This document shows positions 13,651 to 25,039 of a stretch of 64,000 bases of DNA, one piece after another. A model generated the notes under the pieces. The model was not told where the DNA came from, made no database searches, and worked only from the letters and a program-made list of their open reading frames with translations. Origin of the DNA: Eledone cirrhosa. Lineage: Eukaryota. The position numbers and the translations under genes are program-made. The stretch covers positions 267,840,001-267,904,000 of the forward strand of contig OZ024743.1 of NCBI GenBank assembly GCA_964016885.1, in the 5' to 3' direction. Numbering within the stretch: position 1 is the stretch's first letter; every line of letters begins with the position of its first letter.

Positions 13651-13955
13651 GTTACAGTTGTAATATTCCTCTCTTTTTCATGCCTTACAAAGACAACAAG
13701 TCGTAATATTTCTTTTGTTCTTCTTTCATAAGTCGATACTCTTTGCATTGAGGGAGATATGGGTGCTATATTTAGCACCCATATCCTGATGAAACGAGAT
13801 TGTGTGCTTTTCAGTTTCTGGTTGTATTCATTGATATTGAGCCCAATGTCATAATTAATCACAACACCTACGATTATCTATGTCGTTACCTTATATTTGC
13901 TACAAGAAAATGCCTATGGTTTTCTAATGTTTAAAATAGTTTTAAAAATTGACAC

Positions 13956-14049
13956 AAGAAGAAGAAGAAGAAGAAGAAGAAGAAGAAGAAGAAGAAGAAG
14001 AAAGTGATTATGATGATGATGACGATGATGTAGAAGATGATGATGATGA
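13956..14049. repeat. (GAA)n followed by degenerate (GAT)n microsatellite
   Basis: Seen directly. Confidence 0.9.
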
Positions 14050-14105
14050 AAAGCAAAACGAGAAAATGGTTAAGGAAACGCTGACATAAAAGAAGAGAAA
14101 ATACA

Positions 14106-14285
14106 ATTGTTTCTAATTTTGGCACAAGGCCAGCAATTATGCCAGTGCATTACTGGTACTTTATTTTATCGACCCCGTAATGATGAAAGGCAAAGTTAAC
14201 CTCGGCGGGATTTGAACTCAGAATGGCAATGGCTATAAATCTATGCGTTAAAGCATGGCGTACGACCCTCTACCTATACTGCCAT
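14106..14285 (-). mobile_element. tRNA-derived SINE, same family as 30350-30516 and 57016-57190
   Basis: Minus strand has A-box-like GGTAGAG and B-box GAGTTCAAATCC, then a conserved body CTTTGCCTTTCATC..CGGGGTCGATAAAATAAAGTACCAG and tail GCTGGCCTTGTGCC..AGAAACAAT. Three near-identical dispersed copies in the window. Confidence 0.85.
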
Positions 14286-14539
14286 ATAATACTGATTAAC
14301 TTGAAAGTACACATAAAACAATAAGTAGATTGAAGAAAGATCCATCTACACGAATCTTCCTGACACTCAAGTTTGTCATGTAGAAAGAATGGACATGAAG
14401 ATGTCTTGTTTCCCACTTAAGACTGCTTGAGGGAGTATTTAAATATTTACACAGAAACATCTTTTTATAAGTGGAAAAGGATATAAAAGTTTACGTATAT
14501 ATTCACTTGAGTATATCTACGTAAAACATATATATACAG

Positions 14540-14574
14540 ATAAAGACATTTACACATACACACACACACGCACA

Positions 14575-14654
<80 letters not shown>
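14540..14654. repeat. (CA)n/(TA)n microsatellite
   Basis: Seen directly. Confidence 0.95.
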
Positions 14655-14655
<1 letters not shown>

Positions 14656-14800
14656 GTTATTCCGGGTTGAATCGGAGGTAACCACAGTAAGTAAGGTACT
14701 CAATACATAGCAGAGTATAAAAGTTTTAATATAGATAAGATTCTACAGGACTAGAAATGCTTCATTCTTTAGAAATCATCAGGCATCTGGGTATCCAGGT
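14655..14800 (-). mobile_element. Penelope-type terminal repeat (pLTR) fragment with degenerate hammerhead at 14738-14788; inverted relative of 15795-15870
   Basis: Minus strand reads agatgc-CTGATGA-tttctaaagaat-GAAG-catttctagtcct-GTA-gaatct (GAAA mutated to GAAG). Flanked by (TA)n. Confidence 0.65.
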
Positions 14801-15146
14801 GGTAGGAGAGGGTGGCGAGTGGATTGGTAGAGCTCATTATATATATATATATATATATGTATTGCGATCGCTCATGAAATCCACCTAGTTTATGATAACC
14901 ATGTTGCTTGTTTATTCCTATCTTTGCGTTGCTTTCATCCATCTATGTTGTTTACTTGTCTCACTCGCTTTACGCGATTTACTTGTCCCAATAGCTTTAT
15001 TTAGCTATTGCTCGCACCAACCTGAGGTATATGATTTTTAATGCGATGTAATATCAATGATGGTTGGCAAATCACTGACGAAGGAGTATTTTTATCATAT
15101 GCAACCCATGTGCAACCACGCAGTATTGTTCTTTCTTCTCATGTTT

Positions 15147-15360
<214 letters not shown>

Positions 15361-15374
15361 TGAATGTGTCTGTT

Positions 15375-15870
15375 GACACCTGGAATATAGCTTAAGACAA
15401 ATTTGAAGATAATGATATGATAGGCACCCATATTTTGAATTGGTCTATAGAATTCTTTTGGCCTTTGTCACTCTAAGTAGAACTTTAAAGAATTAGCTTT
15501 TAAAGAATTTCTCTTTACTTTAAATCCTTCAACCATGACCGACCCCCAACGATCTTATAGACACCTGAAATATAGGCATTGTTAGCTTAAGAGAAACTTA
15601 AAAATAAGGAGTGGCACCCCATTCTGAACTTGTTTATAGAATTCTTTCTGCCTTTGTCACTCTAAATATAAATTATAGCTTTAAGGAATTAGCTTTTAAT
15701 GAATTTTCTTTTCTATCAACCAATGACCTCTACCCATCCCACTCCCCACCCTCTCCTACCACCTGAAAAGATCTATATATATCACTTTTATATTTGGATA
15801 CCCAGATTCCTGATGATTTCTAAATAATGAAACAGTTCTAGTCCTGTAGGATCTCATCTATATTAAAACT
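15375..15870 (+). mobile_element. Penelope-like 3' end relic: two diverged ~185-bp direct copies followed by a hammerhead-bearing pLTR
   Basis: GACACCTG...GCCTTTGTCACTCTAA...GAATTAGCTTTTAA...ATGACC occurs at ~15375 and ~15560. It translates to KELAFKEFLFTLN, resembling a GIY-YIG C-terminus (inference). Confidence 0.5.
15804..15854 (+). ncRNA. Type I hammerhead ribozyme
   Basis: Stem I AGAUUC/GGAUCU, core CUGAUGA, stem-loop II UUUCUAAAUAAU (weak), GAAA, stem III ACAG/CUGU, GUA cleavage triplet. Confidence 0.75.
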
Positions 15871-15976
15871 ATATATATATATATATATATATATAAGTAT
15901 GTACACGTTTCATATTTTTCGTTTATATATATATATATATATTTATATATAAGTATGTACACGTTTCAGTTTTTTC

Positions 15977-16029
<53 letters not shown>

Positions 16030-16071
16030 AATTAAAAAGTGACAAATGCGTTGTGTGGTTACTAATAAAAA

Positions 16072-16236
16072 TTATTCAGAAAAGGTAAGAATAACACAAA
16101 CATAAACAGAAGGGCAATTCCCTGCTCATTGGTTGTCTTTATTGCGTTCGAATCATCAGTCATCCACAGAAGACAGCTGATGAGCGGAAATTTTCATTCT
16201 GTTTATGTTTGTGTTTCTCTTACCTTTTCTAAATAA
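16072..16236. repeat. Imperfect inverted repeat, ~67-bp arms, ~30-bp spacer
   Basis: TTATTCAGAAAAGGTAAGA...TGTCTT pairs with AAGACAG...TCTTACCTTTTCTAAATAA. Confidence 0.85.
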
Positions 16237-16258
16237 CATATATATAATAGTAATATTA

Positions 16259-16361
16259 ATATTATACTATAGTTATAATTATAATATTAGTGGAAGTTGT
16301 TTGTAGCTTCATGCAGTGAGGCTCACACAGCGCTGTCATGCATTGATAGTTTAACCTATTA

Positions 16362-16408
<47 letters not shown>

Positions 16409-16528
16409 TATATATATATATATATATATACATTAATATGTTAAACTATCAATGCATGACAGCACTGTCTGGGCCTCACTGCATTAAGCTACAAACAACT
16501 TCCACTCATATTATAATTATAACTATAG

Positions 16529-16536
<8 letters not shown>
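16259..16536. repeat. Fold-back inverted repeat, ~105-bp arms separated by a (TA)n spacer
   Basis: 16259-16364 is the reverse complement of 16431-16536 with a few mismatches. Confidence 0.9.
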
Positions 16537-16627
<91 letters not shown>

Positions 16628-16629
16628 TG

Positions 16630-18480
16630 AGTATTTACGTATCGAGAGAGAGAAAAAAGGAAGGATAGGTGATACATGTAGTTATTTGCCAAATAGCGTA
16701 TGCAGAAGGTGCTCAATACTAGTGCCAGCAGTATTAAATATTAGAAGTGTTAATATTTAGTGGGCGAGAGAGTTAGCAGAGCGAAACACGTGGAAAAGTA
16801 AGAAATCGGAGAACAGACCGTTAATACATGTTTATTTAAAATAGCACCTACGTACGTTTCGCCTAATTTGGCTTCTCAAGGTCATAAATAACCAAAAGTG
16901 TTATTTACAATTGTTCGGAAAGTATTTTTGGGGTTAAGTTCACGTCATAGTTCATTCTTCGACCAAAAAGCGTGTTTTGATTTTGCCGTAGGTCAGGTGT
17001 TAGGGCAGTCTTTCCCGGACTAATGTTTTTTTCCGTTACAAGATGTGGTTACAACCTTACCATTGTCGATACGCACAGAGTCAGGTAATCAACGCTTAAT
17101 TTGAGACGTTTGTTTTTCTGCACCTGCTCGCCTGGGTCGTTTGAAATTGTGTCTGGGATGCATGGTTAGTTTCCTGGATGTTTTTTTGCAGCGCCTCCCC
17201 GCCAGTGTGTTAAACCTTGTTGCAGGGAGACCCGGTACACGGTTTCACTCAATCTTAACCCATCAGAAGAAGGATATTTTTAAGCGATGTGTACAACTTA
17301 TCGTCGTTTCAACTCTGCTGTTGATGAGCTCCTGAGGTGCAGTTATGATGTGGTAGAGCTCCATGAGGCAAAATCGCACTTCCTCTTGAAGTTGTAATGT
17401 GCAGCCCTGCCGACAATATCCCAGTGCGTGGCGAAGCTGATGTTTAAGTCTTTTAATGATGTGATGTAGACCGCGAGCGAAGTGGAGTTTCTTAATTTAT
17501 TATTTTTGAAAGAGTGGAGATGTGTTCGAAATCTAATTTTGAACGGGCCAGAGGTAGACCCTATATAATGTTTAACGCTATTGTGGCTTGTGACAGTGCA
17601 CCTATGTATAACCTTATCAGTCAAGCAGTATCCTCTGAGGGGGCAGCGTCCCCTGTCGCGGCAGTTGCAATTTCTGTCGCGGTTCCTTCTAATTCCCACG
17701 GTAAGGCTATCATTGTTGCTATCTACGTTGTTATCTACGCTCACACACCTGTCGTTAGCACCATTACAACGCACAGTTCACGGGGTGGTATATTATTATT
17801 CCGCACGTCATGTCCTGCATGTTCCCCAGTCGTGTCGCGGTTATGTTGGTTGCGTCGATAGATGCTGTTGCCAGCACTATTGGATGCTGCTAGGGAGTTG
17901 TTAAGGCCGATATAGTTATTGTCAGGTGTAGCTGCGTCTGTCCTAAGGTGCTGTGTCTTGGTGATCTTACTGTGGTTCGTTGTTCCAATGATGTCCGCTT
18001 GGGTAGGAGTAGTAGAGAAGGATATTTTTATATTGTTCCTATTAAGGATGTTTCTATACCTATGGTTGGGTGGGAAGCTCTTCTCTAAGGCTTCGAAGAA
18101 TATCCGGGGTATGTTGGAGGCCACACTCCGAGAGTAGGAGGGTGGGGGTGGAACCATAGGACGTTACGGTGGCGAATACGTGTCCTTGTACGTTTGCTAC
18201 GGGTGATTCAATCAAGGTGACCGTTCTTATGTATGTTAATGCGCTGTAGCCCGTTACGTGCCTCTTTCACTTTATGCTCGGGTGCACTCTTCTTCCTTCT
18301 TCCATGTTTATGTACAGGAAGATGTTGGTTGAAAGGCGTTAGTAGTAGGCCGTTGCCTTTGTTGATTTGATAGTAGGGGAATAATTCGAGTAGGCTACAG
18401 TGGTCACTGTCACCGGGATCGTGATCTTTATTGTGTGGTAAGTTACCTATACCATCGCCAGTGTAATTAACGTTGCAGCT
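16630..18480 (-). mobile_element. Degenerate Penelope-like element: RT thumb/linker remnant + GIY-YIG endonuclease + pLTR
   Basis: ORFs 17741-18157 (SFPPNHRYRNILNRNNIKISFS) and 17343-17774 (CNCRDRGRCPLRGYC, VIHRC..HYIGSTSGPFKIRFRTHLHSF). Frameshifted; hammerhead in the 3' region. Confidence 0.88.
16846..16882 (-). ncRNA. Minimal type I hammerhead with U3-A8 core variant, in the PLE pLTR
   Basis: Minus strand: ACC-UUGAGAA-GCC(aaauua)GGC-GAAA-CGUAC-GUA-GGU. Palindromic stem III ACGUACGU; stem I is short (3 bp). Confidence 0.7.
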
Positions 18481-18719
18481 GTGTTGCTTAGTGCGATTAT
18501 CTATACTATTATATCCGACTCCTACGATGTCGCCGCGTGATCGGTTATAGGTATGGCTTACTATAACGTTCGTCTTTTGAGGCGGAGGGGGGGGTTCTAG
18601 AGCTAGCGTTAGGGACGTAGGAAATTCCTCGGTTAAAGCCGGCGCTTATCAAGGCCCTATTGTAGTAATATGCCGCTTGGTTGAAGATATCCTCATTGGC
18701 GGAGAGCCTCGAGATTCTA

Positions 18720-19402
18720 TGTCAGAATGTGTTCCTTGATACTCAGAACCTTCCAGTCGAGAGATTCCCACACCATTATCCTTCTCTTCTCCACTTTTGC
18801 CCGACCACACCTTGAATACTGTTGTCCACTGTGGTCTCCCCACACGAAACAAAGTATCATGAAACTTGAAGCTCCCCAAAGGGCAATCACGAAAAAGATA
18901 GATGGCATGTCAGACCTTGACTACTGGGGTCGACTAGAAAAGCTGAAACTTTACTCACTCCAACGTCGCCGTGAGCGTTATATTATCTGCATGATGTGGA
19001 AAATGTTTCATCAGCACTGCTCAAGTGATGTTGGCACCACCTTCAAAATACACCCAAGGCTTGGGCCCTGTGCTATCCGTCCCAAACAAAAATCTAAATC
19101 GCAACTAATAACAACAATACGGCACAATTATTTCACCTCAATTGGCCGCTCTCTTCAACATCACACCAGGACACGTGAAAACTGAAACTAACCACACAAA
19201 ATTCACAAAGTCTTTGGACAAATTCCTCCAAGTAATCCCGGACAAACCACCCACACCCGGATATGTCTCCGCAAACAGTAATTCTCTTCTCGAATGGGCC
19301 ATGTTGCCCAAATCCTGAATTGAAAGACTTCGCCAGGTGGTGCTATTAAGTTAGACATTGCCTGGGCCAATACTGGCCAAAACATTTCAAAGTTATTCAA
19401 AG

Positions 19403-19403
<1 letters not shown>
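18720..19403 (+). mobile_element. 5'-truncated CR1/L2-group LINE (RT C-terminus + 3' UTR)
   Basis: ORF 18727-19185: LILRTF..LFSTFARPHLEYCCPLWSP..KLEAPQRAITK..RLEKLKLYSLQRRRERY. Has a 3' hairpin and a short repeated tail (TTCAAAGT) ending in (TA)n. Confidence 0.88.
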
Positions 19404-19447
<44 letters not shown>

Positions 19448-19565
19448 TATAGACATAGAATATTCGAAAATATTCTGTATGTTTATAATAAACATTTTGA
19501 AGACCTAATCGCTATAGAATAATACGTCACGTATTACAATTAGATTCTCGATAAAAGCAAGGGAA

Positions 19566-21148
19566 GTAATCTACGCGTTTCATTCTTGTTAGAAATCATC
19601 AGGACTACATATCCAGTGCTTTTATCGAGAATGACACAGCTAGAGACTTATAGAATACTTAGCTGTGTACAGGAACTGGTTAGAAAGAGCGGTTGCCGGT
19701 CCGGCAGAAATTAGAAATTGGAATAAATGCTCTGAAATAGCGATATATATGTGAATATAGACATTGAATATTCGAAAATATTCTGTATGTTTATAATAAA
19801 CATTTTGAAGACCTAATCGCTATAGAATAATACGTCACGTATTACAATTAGATTCTCGATAAAAGCAAGGGAAGTAATCTACGCGTTTCATTCTTGTTAG
19901 AAATCATCAGGACTACATATCCAGTGCTTTTATCGAGAATGACACAGCTAGAGACTTATAGAATACTTAGCTGTGTACAGGAACTGGTTTGAAAGAGCGG
20001 TTGCCGGTCCGGCAGAAATTAGAAATTGGAATAAATGCTCTGAAATAGCGATATATATGTGAATATAGACATAGAATATTCGAAAATATTCTGTATGTTT
20101 ATAATAAACATTTTGAAGACCTAATCGCTATAGAATAATACGTCACGTATTACAATTAGATTCTCGATAAAAGCAAGGGAAGTAATCTACGCGTTTCATT
20201 CTTGTTAGAAATCATCAGGACTACATATCCAGTGCTTTTATCGAGAATGACACAGCTAGAGACTTATAGAATACTTAGCTGTGTACAGGAACTGGTTAGA
20301 AAGAGCGGTTGCCGGTCCGGCAGAAATTAGAAATTGGAATAAATGCTCTGAAATAGCGATATATATGTGAATATAGACATAGAATATTCGAAAATATTCT
20401 GTATGTTTATAATAAACATTTTGAAGACCTAATCGCTATAGAATAATACGTCACGTATTACAATTAGATTCTCGATAAAAGCAAGGGAAGTAATCTACGC
20501 GTTTCATTCTTGTTAGAAATCATCAGGACTACATATCCAGTGCTTTTATCGAGAATGACACAGCTAGAGACTTATAGAATACTTAGCTGTGTACAGGAAC
20601 TGGTTTGAAAGAGCGGTTGCCGGTCCGGCAGAAATTAGAAATTGGAATAAATGCTCTGAAATAGCGATATATATGTGAATATAGACATAGAATATTCGAA
20701 AATATTCTGTATGTTTATAATAAACATTTTGAAGACCTAATCGCTATAGAATAATACGTCACGTATTACAATTAGATTCTCGATAAAAGCAAGGGAAGTA
20801 ATCTACGCGTTTCATTCTTGTTAGAAATCATCAGGACTACATATCCAGTGCTTTTATCGAGAATGACACAGCTAGAGACTTATAGAATACTTAGCTGTGT
20901 ACAGGAACTGGTTTGAAAGAGCGGTTGCCGGTCCGGCAGAAATTAGAAATTGGAATAAATGCTCTGAAATAGCGATATATATGTGAATATAGACATAGAA
21001 TATTCGAAAATATTCTGTATGTTTATAATAAACATTTTGAAGACCTAATCGCTATAGAATAATACGTCACGTATTACAATTAGATTCTCGATAAAAGCAA
21101 GGGAAGTAATCTACGCGTTTCATTCTTGTTAGAAATCATCAGGACTAC
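19566..21148 (-). ncRNA. Six type I hammerhead ribozymes (19566-19608, 19874-19916, 20182-20224, 20490-20532, 20798-20840, 21106-21148)
   Basis: Reverse complement of GUAGUC-CUGAUGA-UUUCUAACAAGAAU-GAAA-CGC-GUA-GAUUAC in every unit. Confidence 0.85.
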
Positions 21149-21268
21149 ATATCCAGTGCTTTTATCGAGAATGACACAGCTAGAGACTTATAGAATACTT
21201 AGCTGTGTACACAGCTAAGTATTCTATAAGTCTCTAGCTGTGTCATTCTCGATAAAAGCACTGGATAT

Positions 21269-22543
21269 GTAGTCCTGATGATTTCTAACAAGAATGAAAC
21301 GCGTAGATTACTTCCCTTGCTTTTATCGAGAATCTAATTGTAATACGTGACGTATTATTCTATAGCGATTAGGTCTTCAAAATGTTTATTATAAACATAC
21401 AGAATATTTTCGAATATTCTATGTCTATATTCACATATATATCGCTATTTCAGAGCATTTATTCCAATTTCTAATTTCTGCCGGACCGGCAACCGCTCTT
21501 TCTAACCAGTTCCTGTACACAGCTAAGTATTCTATAAGTCTCTAGCTGTGTCATTCTCGATAAAAGCACTGGATATGTAGTCCTGATGATTTCTAACAAG
21601 AATGAAACGCGTAGATTACTTCCCTTGCTTTTATCGAGAATCTAATTGTAATACGTGACGTATTATTCTATAGCGATTAGGTCTTCAAAATGTTTATTAT
21701 AAACATACAGAATATTTTCGAATATTCTATATCTATATTCACATATATATCGCTATTTCAGAGCATTTATTCCAATTTCTAATTTCTGCCGGACCGGCAA
21801 CCGCTCTTTCAAACCAGTTCCTGTACACAGCTAAGTATTCTATAAGTCTCTAGCTGTGTCATTCTCGATAAAAGCACTGGATATGTAGTCCTGATGATTT
21901 CTAACAAGAATGAAACGCGTAGATTACTTCCCTTGCTTTTATCGAGAATCTAATTGTAATACGTGACGTATTATTCTATAGCGATTAGGTCTTCAAAATG
22001 TTTATTATAAACATACAGAATATTTTCGAATATTCTATGTCTATATTCACATATATATCGCTATTTCAGAGCATTTATTCCAATTTCTAATTTCTGCCGG
22101 ACCGGCAACCGCTCTTTCTAACCAGTTCCTGTACACAGCTAAGTATTCTATAAGTCTCTAGCTGTGTCATTCTCGATAAAAGCACTGGATATGTAGTCCT
22201 GATGATTTCTAACAAGAATGAAACGCGTAGATTACTTCCCTTGCTTTTATCGAGAATCTAATTGTAATACGTGACGTATTATTCTATAGCGATTAGGTCT
22301 TCAAAATGTTTATTATAAACATACAGAATATTTTCGAATATTCTATGTCTATATTCACATATATATCGCTATTTCAGAGCATTTATTCCAATTTCTAATT
22401 TCTGCCGGACCGGCAACCGCTCTTTCAAACCAGTTCCTGTACACAGCTAAGTATTCTATAAGTCTCTAGCTGTGTCATTCTCGATAAAAGCACTGGATAT
22501 GTAGTCCTGATGATTTCTAACAAGAATGAAACGCGTAGATTAC
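21269..22543 (+). ncRNA. Five type I hammerhead ribozymes (21269-21311, 21577-21619, 21885-21927, 22193-22235, 22501-22543)
   Basis: Stem I GUAGUC/GAUUAC, extended by the 16-bp helix AUUCUCGAUAAAAGCA/UGCUUUUAUCGAGAAU. Core CUGAUGA, stem II UUCU/AGAA, GAAA, palindromic stem III ACGCGU, GUA cleavage site. Confidence 0.85.
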
Positions 22544-23300
22544 TTCCCTTGCTTTTATCGAGAATCTAATTGTAATACGTGACGTATTATTCTATAGCGA
22601 TTAGGTCTTCAAAATGTTTATTATAAACATACAGAATATTTTCGAATATTCTATGTCTATATTCACATATATATCGCTATTTCAGAGCATTTATTCCAAT
22701 ATATATATATATATATATATACTATACATATATACATATATATATATAAGTAAGTATGTTTTGAAAGAGTGAGCGAGTTTGAAATTAGAAATATAAGCTT
22801 TCACCGTATTTTTGACTAAAGAAATGGAAAAAGATAAGTATTGATGTATTGATTAGTATTGATTAGTATTGATCCACTAATATTATAATTATATATATAT
22901 ATACACGGGAGCATATCAACCAATTAATGGAATACAAGGCAACTGTTGTGCAGCTATGTGGATGTATGGGTTGATAGAAGTAGCAGACAATTCTTCCTAC
23001 AACTTTTAAAAGAGGGACACATCGCATAGTGTAGAACAAGGTAGCCGAAAATACAAGATGATTGAGACTGTTAGTTATGTTCGATCAGAGATGGACTGAC
23101 ACTAATCATCAACAACGGTAGAAACGACGGTAACAATAAAAGCTTAAATATATACATATACCTACCTACTCACACACCCGCATGCACGCAGATATTCAAT
23201 CCCTAAAGCCAAGTTTATGCCGCTTTGTATAGTTTTGTTCTTTCATTCTCATTCTCCCTCTATTTGTTATTCTTCTTCTGCTCCACTCTTTTCCACACGC

Positions 23301-23303
<3 letters not shown>

Positions 23304-23370
<67 letters not shown>
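23304..23370. repeat. (CT)n microsatellite
   Basis: Seen directly. Confidence 0.95.
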
Positions 23371-23374
<4 letters not shown>

Positions 23375-23379
23375 ATCTA

Positions 23380-24120
23380 ACTTCGTGAGTTCAATTTACA
23401 ACCACGCACTATGTCCTTCATCAAGGAATTGTATTTCAGGTTGCTCCATACTATGCAGTTTGCAAAATTTAGATATAACTTTAATTGAAAAGGTAAGCTA
23501 CACTCATATATAACAAAGAACCTAGCACGAAATATAGACAAGATACATTAAAGCAGATTAGAAAGGAAACAACCAAAACGTGAGTGAACTGGTGCGTACC
23601 CTCGCAAATAACATTGCAACCCTAGTGGAAATAGTAATGAACGCAATTCTATTCATCCGGACCTAGAGTTAACCGTCGCAGTAGGCAGAGTTCTACGGTA
23701 ATAGTGACTGTAACTGCAGACATCACGGAAACTGCCCCACATGGAGAAGATGCCCCCGCAGAAACGTTGTATATGAGTGTATAGTAACCACTAGTGATAG
23801 AACGTATAGGTATATAGGTTCTACAGCGACTAGTTTTAAGGATGGTGGTACAGACAATGCCACTCATTAATAGAATAGATAGGCATTATCCAAGGGATTA
23901 TCCAAGCTTATATGAAGACTAAAGCAGGTAGTACTAAATGCTTATTGTCGTGGCCTACACTTAGAACAACACACCCGCGCGTAGAAGAATTCTTTGCAAG
24001 TGGTTGTGATTTATGCACCACAGAAGCCATAGAAATTATAGAGGGTGGACTTCAAATAAAAAATATACGCTGCGATTTCTTTCATAAAAAAGACACAGCA
24101 TTTCAAGAACCTGCTTAAAT
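23380..24120 (+). mobile_element. Degenerate Penelope-like GIY-YIG relic, mostly missed by the ORF track
   Basis: Manual translation from 23706: DCNCRHHGNCPTWRRCPRRNVVYECIVTTSDRTYRYIGSTATSFK. Downstream ORF 23912-24118 has GCDLCTTEAIEII. Confidence 0.8.
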
Positions 24121-25039
24121 CTTCTACTTTTTGCCACCCCTACCCCTTTACATCAACCTGAACACAACCACGCATTACATCCCTTCGCAACCCCGTACTA
24201 TGTTGAAGTGTAGGTTTACTAGTTAATATATCCATTGAAGTGCCAGATTCTTCCATTTTCCTTAGCTAATTCGTCTAATAACTACTAAACCCTACGCTTC
24301 CATATTTAATACCTATAATACTTTCACCTTACAGATTGGGACCTTGAATAACAGTACCCTAATATCTAACTCTCTATTGTCGCCTTTATGTATGGCGTGA
24401 ATATACTTTCTAACTTTCTTAGCTTATATCCGGCTAATGGTATGTTTGAAGAGGCATGTATACGTCCGTATGAGTAGGATATGTCTGTCTGCCTATGTGC
24501 GCATTTAGTTGGTCAATCGTTCACGAGTACTTGAATGTATGTGGATATACTGCAGCTATATGTCCATCCGTATCAGTGTGTATGACATGAACCCACTATA
24601 GTAAAGATAAGTTCGTGCACACACAAACATATTGGCATGTTTTAACTCATGCACAGTTTCTCTCCCGCAGCTTAGATAAAAAATATTTATCCTAATACCT
24701 ATGGACACCAACGTGATAATAATATTGAAAATAATATATAGACGACCGTAGACTCCAGCTGCCATTGTACTGATGACCATATACTAATAGGAAAGATAGA
24801 TAAATCAACTTGTATAAATTATTTGTTTGATAGTTCTTTTAAGAGCCAAAGTAGAATGGCCAAAATAAGGAGGGCCTGGCACACCTTTAGTAAAACTGAC
24901 CTACTTTCACCTTCTACCACTACCACAGTAGCTCCCACTCCCCAACCGCTGACTTGCCGGCGCCAGCGTCGATATAGCATAGGCTTGCTGTAACCCTGAA
25001 CGAACAACATCCCTTCGACTGCAGGCATGTCAAAAACCA

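Larger units (their letters stand above)
19441..22700. repeat. 308-bp tandem array with one hammerhead per unit (non-LTR retrozyme-like); ~5.7 units in one orientation, then ~4.8 units inverted
   Basis: Unit starts at 19445, 19753, 20061, 20369, 20677, 20985. Perfect inversion centre at 21208/21209; both ends embedded in (TA)n. Confidence 0.95.

Noticed and set aside
13783-13800. CTGATGA motif as a hammerhead (similar hits at ~15075, ~26314, ~34796, ~37375, and TTGAAGAG at ~24446)
   Set aside because: No correctly placed stem II + GAAA + NUH + stem I could be built.
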